A stretch of 15,138 nt of DNA from Spirochaetales bacterium (GTDB taxonomy: Bacteria > Spirochaetota > Spirochaetia > JABEVK01). The DNA lies in contig JBAXAI010000057.1 of assembly GCA_037142615.1 (NCBI GenBank), positions 1 to 15,138 on the forward strand. Direction: 5' to 3'. A program made the position numbers and the translations under genes. Positions within the stretch are counted from its first letter, which is position 1. Each line of letters opens with the position of its first letter. The notes below the pieces were generated by a model, which had not been told where the DNA came from, ran no database searches, and saw nothing but the letters and a program-made list of their open reading frames with translations. Of the stretch, positions 6,313 through 15,107 are shown piece after piece.

Positions 6313-6800
6313 ATGGCCGTCCTTCTGAATATCCCCAAAGGCGAGAACAATACATACTTGGAATTCTTCGTCACCGACGTCCCTGGGACTTGGTGGATCG
6401 ACAGCGAAGAAAAAGATCAGGGCTGGCCATCGAAGTTGCCTGAGGATCGGGAATTGTTGTTCCGACTTGAACTGGACATCCTGGATTCCCTTGTAGCCGC
6501 GTCGGGAATTCGGTGGCCACTAGGTGAGTATTTCTGGGACCGGTATGACTCTCGCACCGAGGACGGGAGAAGTAGCATTCAGTTCTGGGTGGAGCACTTT
6601 GAGAAAATGGCAACCAAGATCTCCGAGACACCAAGCCCAGCACTACTGGAGAAGTTGACAGCTGGAGCGTCCATCGTCTTGGTCGTCCAGCGACACCTGA
6701 AGCGATCCGCGAGGACCTCCTCGACACGTTGCACGCGATGCGAAGTGCTATCAGTGAGGTCATTGCTCTCCAGAAGACACTGTTTATTTTGGGTGTATAG
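6313..6800 (+). pseudogene. Hypothetical protein with a probable 1-nt frameshift near 6657
   Basis: The annotated frame becomes R/S/C-rich after LEKL. The alternative frame gives DSWSVHRLGRPATPEAIREDLLDTLHAMRSAISEVIALQKTLFILGV* ending at TAG 6798-6800. Confidence 0.55.
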
Positions 6801-6814
6801 CTGAGCACACGAGG

Positions 6815-7132
6815 TCAGGAATCGAAGTAGTGATCGACTGCTGTACCAACGCTTTCTCGAACGAAGATGCCCAGCGCATCGCCGAAGACGCGCTTGATGG
6901 TCTGGGGGTCGCGACGCTCTTGCTCGCTCATGAGGAGCTCCCAAGGACGTACCGCCAAGGCTCGAGAGAGTCCGTCAAGAAGTTCCATGGATGGGGACTT
7001 TCTACCCGCCTCAATCTCAGCTATGTGGTTTTGGGAGACTCCGGCGGCCTCGGCAAGGTGGGCCTGGGTGAGACCGAGTCCGGTTCGAAAGTGCCGGATG
7101 TTCTGGGTAAGGACTTCGTTCATGGAAGGCAT
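6815..7132 (-). CDS. XRE-family HTH transcriptional regulator
   Basis: NIRHFRTGLGLTQAHLAEAAGVSQNHIAEIEAGRKSPSMELLDGLSRALAVRPWELL is a canonical HTH_XRE. Start at 7132 or 7123. Confidence 0.9.
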   Translation of the reverse strand: MPSMNEVLTQNIRHFRTGLGLTQAHLAEAAGVSQNHIAEIEAGRKSPSMELLDGLSRALAVRPWELLMSEQERRDPQTIKRVFGDALGIFVRESVGTAVDHYFDS

Positions 7133-7150
7133 GACTGATGTTACTTTCGA

Positions 7151-7242
7151 GCGGATAATCCGCATTGACAATCAACTAGGAGGGATATAAAATCCCTAAA
7201 AGATGTACAGTAGGGTGATCTTTGGGTCTCATGGAGACCCAA
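7151..7242 (+). promoter_or_regulatory. Strong sigma70 promoter with overlapping palindromic operator candidates
   Basis: TTGACA (7165-7170), 17 nt, TAAAAT (7188-7193). Dyads: GCGGAT-A-ATCCGC (7151-7163), AGGGAT-N5-ATCCCT (7181-7197, covers the -10), TTGGGTCTC-ATG-GAGACCCAA (7222-7242). Confidence 0.7.
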
Positions 7243-7362
7243 GGTTTGCTTATGACCGGGTCCTGGTAGTGCGGGGTAGTCTCGACACTCCGATTTCGCT
7301 CGGTCACTTATGCCGCAGTCATGACGCTCTGCGGACGCTGTGGCACTGCCAGTCAAAGGGAA

Positions 7363-9822
7363 ATGGTCATGGACAAGGGCACGGGTGATCACAGCCACAA
7401 AACAAAGTCGCTCTTTCTACGGACCCTCGTGATCACCGTTTTGCCGGTCCTTATGGCGATAGGAGTACCTGCCGAAGCGAGGCACGCCCTGGTGGTGGGC
7501 AACTCCGTGTACGGCGGCAGTATCACCACGCTGGTGAACCCGGCCAACGACGCGGCCGACATGGGCAAGCTGCTGGCGGCCAACGGGTTCGCCGTCACCG
7601 AGCTGCACGACCAGGACTACGCCAGCTTCGAGGCCGGTTTGCAGGGCTTCAGCAAAAAAGTGTCCCGGGGCGACACTGTGGTGTTCTTCTACGCTGGGCA
7701 CGCGGTGCAGGTGGCCAACGAGAACTACCTGATTCCCGTCAAAGAAGCGATTACCAGCGAACCGCAGATCCGCAGCAAGTCGGTGAGCGTGGCCGAGGTG
7801 CTCGATTCGTTCAAGACCGCCGGCGCGGGCACCTGCCTTTTATTCCTCGACGCCTGCCGCGACAACCCCTTCACCGGGGCCAGCCGTTCGGCGACGCGTG
7901 GACTCGCCACTGTCGCTCCTCCCAAAGACATGGAAACTCTGATCGCCTATGCCACGGCACCCGGCGAAACCGCCAGCGACGGCGATGGGCGCAACGGCGT
8001 GTTCACGCAGGCGCTGCTCAAGAACCTGGCCCAAGACGGCGTGCCCATCACCGAGGCCATGACGCTGGTGAAGGCCGACGTGGTGCGCATTTCGAACGGG
8101 GTTCAGCGACCGCGTGTCGACGATGGCCTGACGAGGGCCTTTGTACTCAACGACGTGGCCACCGCCGCCACCAAGGCCAAAGCCGCCGCTGATGCCGCCA
8201 ACGCCGAGGCCGACCTGCTCGCGGCTCAGCTCGAGAAGGCCCGCGCCACCCTCGCGAGCGTCAAGAACGACACCGACCGCAAGACCAAGGAGCTCGAGGT
8301 TCAGGCCCAGGAAGCGCTGTTGGCTCAAAAGCAGCTCATCGCCGAAAACCTCGTCAAAGAGGAACAGAACCGCCAGTTGGCTGTGCTGCAGGCGCAGCGG
8401 TTGCAGGCCGCCCGCGAAGCTTCGGCCCAGGACGCGCTCAAGCAGCAGGCCGCCACCAGCGCCAAAGCCGACGCCATGCGCCGCGAGCTCGACGACCTGC
8501 AGAAGAGCGGTGCCCAGGACAGTCCCGATGCTCTGGTGACGGCTCTCGACGCCTTGGTTCCCCTCGAAAAGTCGATCAACGCCCAGTTTGACCAGAGCAT
8601 CGCCGACGTGAAGGCCCAGATCGGCACAACGTGGCAGGTGCAGATTGGCACGCTCAGCCTGCTCAAAAAGGAACCTTGGGAGTCGAAGAGCGAGTTCAGC
8701 GCGCGTGTGCTGGTCGAACAGACCAACTTCGAGCGCCAGCGCGACCAAGAGGTTCAGAATGCGCTGACGGGGCTGGAAGGCACCCGCCGCGCCCAGTTGG
8801 CTCAAGTCCAGGCCCGCCGCAACGTTTTGAACAACCAGTTGGCCACCAAAACCTGGCGCGAAGAAGGGTCCCAGGTCGAGTTGGTGTGGGGCGAGTTCAA
8901 CGACGAAACCAAGGATTGGCCGTGGACCATCACCAGCAAGGTGCCGGGCCTCGAGTGGAGCGACAGTGGCGTGGTCAACCTCGCGGGGCGCAACCTGGCC
9001 CGCGACTACACAGCGCTGCAAGCTGCCATCCAGAGCAAGAGCTTGTCGGCATGGTTTGAATACCAAGTGAAGTACCAGCTTGGGGGTTGGCACCCCATCG
9101 CCTTGGCCAGCTACGGTGTGCGCAATTTGACCACCAAAGCCGCGCTGTTCACCAGTCGAGGCCAGCAGACTGCGGCAGCTTTCCAGAGTGAGGGTTGGGC
9201 ACAGAAGGTCAGTCTCATCGACTCCTCCCGCCCTCTCGCGAGACAGGACAATGTGCGCATCTTGTTGCCTGACTTGCCCGGCGATGTCATCCTTTCAAAT
9301 GGGCGGAGCACACTGACCGCGCTGGTTCCTCGTCAGAATCCGCCGATCCTCCAGGCGACCTACCGGGGAGAGGCCTTCGGCTTCGTTTCCTTGGTCCCTG
9401 CGGGTTTGCTGCAGGCTTCTACCGTGATCGACCTTCGCCAAACACTACCCCAGGACCTCACGCGCCAGGCCCGCGATCGTAGAGCGGGGTTGGCGGCAGA
9501 GGCCCAATTCAAGAACACAATCGGAGTCAGTAGTTGGATCACAGGTGTCTTGGGGCTGGCCAGTGCTGGTGCTGCGGTCTGGGCCTACAGCGCGGGTTCA
9601 GCGACATACCTGCAATATCTCGCGACATACGACACTGACACCGCGCACGGACTTAACGTGCAGATGCAGGAGCAGCAGTCATTGTTCAACGGTTTTTTGG
9701 CGGCGGGAACCGGGTTGCTGGGAACTGCTCTAGCTACATGGTTCATCGCTCAGGATTTGGAGACTGACCGGCGCATCCAGACGCTGAGTTTGCTCATTGC
9801 CAAAATGGATGCCTCGCTATGA
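7363..9822 (+). CDS. Exported caspase-family (peptidase C14) protein with long coiled coil and C-terminal hydrophobic hairpin
   Basis: Signal-like LVITVLPVLMAIGVPAEA|RHALVVGN; LVNPANDA; FFYAGHA (His); LFLDACRDNPF (Cys); IAYATAPGETA.DG.GRNGVFTQALL; A/Q/E/K-rich coiled coil; two C-terminal hydrophobic helices. Start probably ATG7363 or ATG7369. Confidence 0.88.
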   Translation: MVMDKGTGDHSHKTKSLFLRTLVITVLPVLMAIGVPAEARHALVVGNSVYGGSITTLVNPANDAADMGKLLAANGFAVTELHDQDYASFEAGLQGFSKKVSRGDTVVFFYAGHAVQVANENYLIPVKEAITSEPQIRSKSVSVAEVLDSFKTAGAGTCLLFLDACRDNPFTGASRSATRGLATVAPPKDMETLIAYATAPGETASDGDGRNGVFTQALLKNLAQDGVPITEAMTLVKADVVRISNGVQRPRVDDGLTRAFVLNDVATAATKAKAAADAANAEADLLAAQLEKARATLASVKNDTDRKTKELEVQAQEALLAQKQLIAENLVKEEQNRQLAVLQAQRLQAAREASAQDALKQQAATSAKADAMRRELDDLQKSGAQDSPDALVTALDALVPLEKSINAQFDQSIADVKAQIGTTWQVQIGTLSLLKKEPWESKSEFSARVLVEQTNFERQRDQEVQNALTGLEGTRRAQLAQVQARRNVLNNQLATKTWREEGSQVELVWGEFNDETKDWPWTITSKVPGLEWSDSGVVNLAGRNLARDYTALQAAIQSKSLSAWFEYQVKYQLGGWHPIALASYGVRNLTTKAALFTSRGQQTAAAFQSEGWAQKVSLIDSSRPLARQDNVRILLPDLPGDVILSNGRSTLTALVPRQNPPILQATYRGEAFGFVSLVPAGLLQASTVIDLRQTLPQDLTRQARDRRAGLAAEAQFKNTIGVSSWITGVLGLASAGAAVWAYSAGSATYLQYLATYDTDTAHGLNVQMQEQQSLFNGFLAAGTGLLGTALATWFIAQDLETDRRIQTLSLLIAKMDASL

Positions 9823-12800
9823 AGCTCGGTGCTTTCCTGATCCCATCGCTACTCATGATTATTGCCTGCACCAACAGCTGGGGCCCGCTCAGCAACCCCG
9901 TAGATGACCTCAGTCCTTACTACGAGGGCCAGCCCACGGTAGCGACAGTCGCTGCCTTCGAACTTCTTGACCCAACAACCTCAGACCGAAAAGTGATTCT
10001 CCAGGCGACCAAGGTCGCCCATGCTGAAAGCTACAGTTTCCAGGGTTCCACCTCGGAGGATTTCGCATCAAGTGAAACTGAGGTGACCCAGACGTCTTCC
10101 AGCTTGGTGGTCGACCTGTCAAGCTCAATCGGTGGAGATCGGTGGTACCGATCGCGGGTCAAAGTCAGTGGCACTTGGTCGGAGTGGACGGCGGCGAAGA
10201 TGGTTACGCTAGTTCCGAAGGTTCCGGAGGGTCTGAGCGCAACGCAGGTCTACGGCATCGAGGCAATCAAGCTTAGCTGGACAAGTTCGAGCGATGCTGA
10301 AGGCTATGATCTGTACTGGTCCACCACCTCGCCCGTCACCACTGGATCGACAAAAGTCTCTGATGTGACCAGTCCTTATACTCTGGCGGGGCTCAGCAAC
10401 GGCGCAAGCTATTTCATTGGCATTCTGGCAAGGAACGCTGCAGGATCTTCTGACCTGAGTTCCGAGTTGAATACCTCGGTGGACCTCGGCTACTCGGTTA
10501 GTGTTGGCGACGGGGCCATAACGCTCTCATGGCAGCCCACCGGGGGCGCAAGTGGCTACAATCTCTATTTCGCTCAGGGATCGACAGTCACGAAAGCCAG
10601 TCCTAAATGGACGGGTTCAGCTCTCAACACGACTGTTGCAACAGTAACTGGTTTGGCAAACGGCGCCAATTACTCATTCTTAGTCACCGCCGTTGTCGGA
10701 GCCAACGAGGAAGACAAGACCTCGGTCATAACGGCTACGCCGGGTACGGCTCCGACACAAATCAACGCGGTAGCCTCGGGAACCTCTGTAGCATTGTCTT
10801 GGACGCCATTCAGGGGTGCAACTGGATATAACATTTATCAAGCGCTCGGAGCAACTGCCTCGACTGGCTCAACTCTGATCAAGACTGTTGGTACAACAGA
10901 TTCGACAACAGTTGATGGTTTGACTGCGGGAGCACAATACTCCTTCGTTATCACGGCTCTCGGAGGCGGCGAGTCACCGGCGAGCGCGGTCTCCACAATT
11001 ACCTTGGTGCCAGCACCACCAGCAAACCTTGGCTACAACGCGACGGCCAACTCCATCACGCTCACTTGGGCTGCCAGCACCGGTTCGACTACCCAGAATG
11101 TGTACTGGTCAGCCTCGTCACCGCTAACTACCTCCACTGGCACCAAGCTCTCGAATGCGTCCAGCCCTTTGGTCCTTAGCGGACTCGGCCCAGCGACAAA
11201 GTACTACTTCTTGGTCAGTTCACTGAATCAAGGAGGTGAGTCCGCTGCGTCTGCTCTCTCGACCATAACCTCACCAGCTGCGCCTGTAATCTCGGTCACA
11301 AGCACCACTTCCACCTCTGTGAGCCTGAGCTGGGCCAGCGTCGCAAGTGCCACCAGCTACAACGTCTACTGGGCGACCAGCAGCGGCGTCACGACGTCAA
11401 GCCCGAACAAAGCATCCGTTTCCGGAACAAGCTATACGGTGGCGGGTCTCGCTGTCGGAACGAACTACTACTTCGTCGCTACGGCACTGAATGGTGGTGG
11501 CGAGTCCGTGACTTCCGGTCAGGTCTCAGGGACAACCCGCCTACAGTATACTCTGAGCTCAACTGCGGGTTTGGGAGGAACGGTGAGCCCCCCACAAGCC
11601 TCAGTTGTCGATTCGGGGACGCCGTACAGTATCAACGCCACTCCCAACAATGGCTACCGCTTTGGCGGGTGGTCCGTGCTCTCCGGGGTGGCGACGCTTG
11701 GGAACCCAAAGAGTGCTTCGACAACGGTGGTACTCCCATCAGGTGGAGCAGCCATTCAAGCAGCCTTCGTTCAAATTGGTATAATCACCACCGTGGTTGG
11801 TACGGGTACCGGTGGCTACAATGGCGACGGCGGACCGGCGACATCTGCAACGCTCTACAACCCCACCGGCGTGGCAGTTGATAGAGCCGGGAACGTTTTC
11901 ATTGGTGACAACGCCAACTACTTGGTTCGCAAGGTGACAGTGGCCGGCATAGTCTCATCGGTGGCCGGCAACGGCATCCTTGGTTGGGCCGACGATGGTG
12001 TTGTGGCCACGTCCACGTCTGTAGGGGTAGCTGGGCTGACAATCGACAACTCGGGTAACCTGCTTGTAGCAGACTCTGCGCATAGTCGGGTCCGGAAAGT
12101 ATCTACCTCAGGGATTATCTCGAAAGTCGCAGGCACTGGAGCTCTGGGCTACTCCGGTGACGGTGGACTGGCAACTGACGCTACTCTTTACACACCTCTC
12201 GGTGTGGCAATTGACACAAGGGGTAATCTCTACCTCGCGGACTATCAAAACAACGTTTGCAGAAAAGTCGATCTTCAAGGAATCATTACCACTTTCGCCG
12301 GCGATGGAACAAACGGCTACATGGGGCCAAGTGAGGCTACTGCTGCCAAAGGCGATGGTGGACCGGCAACTACTGCCCAGCTCTCAAATCCACGTCGCGT
12401 TGCGGTCGACTCATCGGGTAACGTCTACATTGCCGACTCCTCAGACTGCCGCATACGGAAGGTATCGGTTGCAGGAACGATAACCACAGTTGCGGGAAGC
12501 GGTGTCCGATCCTTCGGCGGCGACGGGGGGGCGGCAACTAGTGCCACGCTAAACATTCCCACAGGAATTGTAGTTGACGCAGCAGGGAATCTGTACATCG
12601 CTGATTCGGGTAACAACCGAGTCCGCAAGGTATCAATAGCCGGAGTAATGTCCACGATAGCTGGAACCGGATCGGCAACCTTCAATGGAGACGGCGGCCT
12701 TGCCTCGCAAGCGTCCTTGAACGACCCCGAGGATTTGGCGCTCGACCAGGACGGAAATCTGTACATCGCAGAAACAGGCAATCACCGAATTCGTATGGTA

Positions 12801-12830
12801 ACGGGGAGTGGATCAGGTGTAGGGCCTTGA
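9819..12830 (+). CDS. Surface lipoprotein: about 5-6 fibronectin type III repeats, an InlB B-repeat-like domain and an NHL beta-propeller
   Basis: MKLGAFLIPSLLMIIAC lipoprotein-type signal; repeated LSW...Y.VY...GL..G..Y.F.V.A.N.GGES; ATPNNGYRFGGW; six GDGG.AT.A.L..P.GVAVD..GNLYIAD..N.RVRKV-type repeats. ATGA overlap with the caspase gene. Confidence 0.9.
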   Translation: MKLGAFLIPSLLMIIACTNSWGPLSNPVDDLSPYYEGQPTVATVAAFELLDPTTSDRKVILQATKVAHAESYSFQGSTSEDFASSETEVTQTSSSLVVDLSSSIGGDRWYRSRVKVSGTWSEWTAAKMVTLVPKVPEGLSATQVYGIEAIKLSWTSSSDAEGYDLYWSTTSPVTTGSTKVSDVTSPYTLAGLSNGASYFIGILARNAAGSSDLSSELNTSVDLGYSVSVGDGAITLSWQPTGGASGYNLYFAQGSTVTKASPKWTGSALNTTVATVTGLANGANYSFLVTAVVGANEEDKTSVITATPGTAPTQINAVASGTSVALSWTPFRGATGYNIYQALGATASTGSTLIKTVGTTDSTTVDGLTAGAQYSFVITALGGGESPASAVSTITLVPAPPANLGYNATANSITLTWAASTGSTTQNVYWSASSPLTTSTGTKLSNASSPLVLSGLGPATKYYFLVSSLNQGGESAASALSTITSPAAPVISVTSTTSTSVSLSWASVASATSYNVYWATSSGVTTSSPNKASVSGTSYTVAGLAVGTNYYFVATALNGGGESVTSGQVSGTTRLQYTLSSTAGLGGTVSPPQASVVDSGTPYSINATPNNGYRFGGWSVLSGVATLGNPKSASTTVVLPSGGAAIQAAFVQIGIITTVVGTGTGGYNGDGGPATSATLYNPTGVAVDRAGNVFIGDNANYLVRKVTVAGIVSSVAGNGILGWADDGVVATSTSVGVAGLTIDNSGNLLVADSAHSRVRKVSTSGIISKVAGTGALGYSGDGGLATDATLYTPLGVAIDTRGNLYLADYQNNVCRKVDLQGIITTFAGDGTNGYMGPSEATAAKGDGGPATTAQLSNPRRVAVDSSGNVYIADSSDCRIRKVSVAGTITTVAGSGVRSFGGDGGAATSATLNIPTGIVVDAAGNLYIADSGNNRVRKVSIAGVMSTIAGTGSATFNGDGGLASQASLNDPEDLALDQDGNLYIAETGNHRIRMVTGSGSGVGP

Positions 12831-12899
12831 ACAAGGGCGCATTCGTCCACAGTCAGGCGTTGAGATGCGCAGTTCTACACAGTTCGGTACGCGAAGAGC

Positions 12900-14116
12900 A
12901 TGGGAATAGCTAAGGAAGAACTTCTTCGACTTGAGTCTCACAACTCCTCTCGAGTAGAACGCAGGAGTGTCTGCTTCACCTGCTTTACGAACACTCACTG
13001 AGTGACTTCATTCGAAGAAGCGCCATCAGTGAGGAGTGCGACTTCTGCGGGCAGAAATCGACAGTTCCAATCGCGTTGGACATTAGGGTAGTCATTGACA
13101 GAATTGAGGCATCTCTGGACCAGCTCCATGATGATCCGGAGAGGTTGGGGCTCCCTGTCGGGAACGGTGACGTGGTTCGGCCCACTGACCTCATTGATGC
13201 TTACGATATGGTTCACGATTTCGCCGATCTCGGCTGCGAGAATGAGGAAATTCTTGAGCAGATCGTGTGGGCGTTGAATGATCGTATCTGGTTGCAGCGT
13301 GGTTCAGTCTATCCGACAGTGGTGGAAACCCTAAGGTTCAGTTGGGATCGGTTCTCCAAGTTGGCCAAGTACTCTTGGCGTTACACTCTCCTTTCTGCGA
13401 TGCACAGTGGAACTGGGGTGCAAAATCGGAGTCCTGCTTCATTGCTGCGAGAGATCCTCGTGGTGGCGCAAAGGGCTTCTCTGTTGATCATGCTATCGAA
13501 AGGTACGTTGATCTTCCGTGCCCGAGTGCATAGCAGTAAAGAGAAAGCGAACGATGCGAAATCCCTAGGGACACCAACTGCAGAGAAGATCCGCAACCCT
13601 AACAGGATGAGCCCCGCAGGAATAGCTGTGTTCTACGGGGCGCTGGAGTCGGAAACTGCACGTTGTGAGGGTTGTTCTCAGCGGAGCAAGGGAAATCAAC
13701 TGACTATTGGTGAGTTCTACAACAACAAGGCAATAGGTGTTCTGGACCTTTCAGTTCCGCTATCTCTACCCGGGACTTATAGTGACGAGGTCGGGACTAC
13801 GGATGCTGTTGAGTTCCTAAATCGGTTCGGCGAGTTAGTCAGCGCTCGTGTCTCCCGAGAGACCGATTCGGGTCTCGACTATGTACCGACCCAGGTATTT
13901 TCGGAGTTTGTGAGGATGTCAGGAATGTCTAGGACTAAGGTTCGCGGGATAATCTTTCGAAGTTCTCAGCACGAAGGGGGTAGAAACTTGGTTCTTTTCT
14001 ACGGCCCGGAAGACTGCAAAGATCCGGGGCAGGTTGAAAGCGGGGATGACTGTCTGGTGTTGAGGGCCTACAGTAGGACTAGGATTGCCTCGAGACATAG
14101 TGGCAACCCGAAGTGA
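12900..14116 (+). pseudogene. RES-domain protein with HEPN/RES-associated Cys4 N-terminal domain, split by a 1-nt frameshift near 12990
   Basis: ATG12900 gives MGIAKEELLRL...VCFTCFTNTH*, continuing in another frame as SLSDFIRRSAISEECDFCG into ORF 13076-14116. RES motifs FRARVH, NRMSPAGIAVFYGALE.ETA..E, DYVPTQVFSEFVR, GIIFRSSQH.GG.NLVLF. Confidence 0.8.
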
Positions 14117-14192
14117 CCGGCGGTAGGAAATTGGTTCGTCCGAATGAAGCTGTTGTGAAGCCCTGAGTGGGGATAGATTCTGCAGGGGCATC

Positions 14193-14468
14193 ATGAAAGT
14201 CTGCAGACGATGCCGGATCGAGAAACCGGCCATTGAGTTTTACCGGCGGTCCAGGACAAGCAGTCGCTTGATGGCGGAATGCAAAGAGTGCCGCAAGCTC
14301 ATGGTGCGAACCTACCGGGAGACGGAACGCGGCATGGACCGTCAACGGCTTGCAAACTACAAGTCCAGGTATTCTCCGCCCGAACACACCCGCCTTGCAC
14401 GCTTGGTGCGCGAACGTCTCGGGCTCCCTGGCAAGATAAAGATTTGGATCCGCGGTCGATGGTGTTGA
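14193..14468 (+). CDS. Small basic Cys4 Zn-finger protein resembling the N-terminal module of phage HNH/EndoVII-type nucleases, without a nuclease domain
   Basis: MKVCRRCRIEKPAIEFY...ECKECRK; AGGGG RBS before the ATG. Confidence 0.55.
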   Translation: MKVCRRCRIEKPAIEFYRRSRTSSRLMAECKECRKLMVRTYRETERGMDRQRLANYKSRYSPPEHTRLARLVRERLGLPGKIKIWIRGRWC

Positions 14469-14522
14469 GCCGGTACGACACTACCAGCAAGGGAGGAAAA
14501 GGAAAAGGTCCGATCCCAAGGG

Positions 14523-15107
14523 TCACCGTTGGTGCCGCCTCGCAAGTTTGTAGAAGGAAGACTTCGTCAGGTTTGTGGCCTTCATTGCCTCGACTGCGGT
14601 CAACTCGCCGTTCTTCCACTGGCGGTAGACCGACGACCAATTGGAAGGGACTTGGAGCTGTGGCCGGCCGAGGTGTTTACCCCGGGACTTCGCCGAAGCG
14701 ATGCCTTCACACTGTCGCTCAAGGATGGACTCCCTCTCCAGCTGACCAAGAGCGGCAAAGATTGTCAGCACAAAGTTCCCTTGCGGCGTCGAACTGTCCA
14801 GGCTCTCCTTGAGCGACCTGAAGCGAACTTTCTTGGCGGTCAGCGTGTCGACGATCTCGAGAAGGTCCTTGGTCGAACGGGCAAGGCGACTGATGGACTC
14901 GACCACTACCTCGTCTCCCTCCCGCACATATTCCAAGAGTGCCTTCAGGCCTGGCCGACTCTGGCTCTTGCCCGAAGCCTTGTCCGAGAAGATCTTCTCG
15001 ATCCCTAGGGAACTCATCAGGTCCATCTGCCGATCAAGAACCTGGTCCTCAGTCGAAACCCTAACATAACCAACCCGAGTAATTATGATGGACCCCGTTG
15101 TCAACAC
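14523..15107 (-). CDS. Serine recombinase (resolvase/invertase family) with C-terminal HTH
   Basis: GYVRVST (catalytic Ser), DKASG, RPGL, SISRLARS, LERESILERQ.EGIASAK.RG..LGRP, HTH tail. The GTG start and first 8 codons lie inside the terminal repeat. Confidence 0.92.
   Translation of the reverse strand: MLTTGSIIITRVGYVRVSTEDQVLDRQMDLMSSLGIEKIFSDKASGKSQSRPGLKALLEYVREGDEVVVESISRLARSTKDLLEIVDTLTAKKVRFRSLKESLDSSTPQGNFVLTIFAALGQLERESILERQCEGIASAKSRGKHLGRPQLQVPSNWSSVYRQWKNGELTAVEAMKATNLTKSSFYKLARRHQR

Noticed and set aside
2077-6800. Integron cassette array
   Set aside because: Genes overlap or abut, leaving no room for attC sites, and no tyrosine integrase is present.
7840-9093. 417-aa minus-strand ORF and other long shadow ORFs (e.g. 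4047-4676, 4478-5101, 14529-15008)
   Set aside because: Antisense or alternate-frame shadows of high-GC3 genes with clear domain motifs.
10200-12800. Repetitive DNA as CRISPR, DGR or VNTR
   Set aside because: Degenerate coding repeats of FN3 and NHL domains; no identical repeat-spacer structure and no reverse transcriptase.
6815-14116. Xre-RES toxin-antitoxin pair
   Set aside because: The genes are about 5.8 kb apart on opposite strands, and the XRE lacks the antitoxin (MbcA/ParS-like) C-terminal domain.
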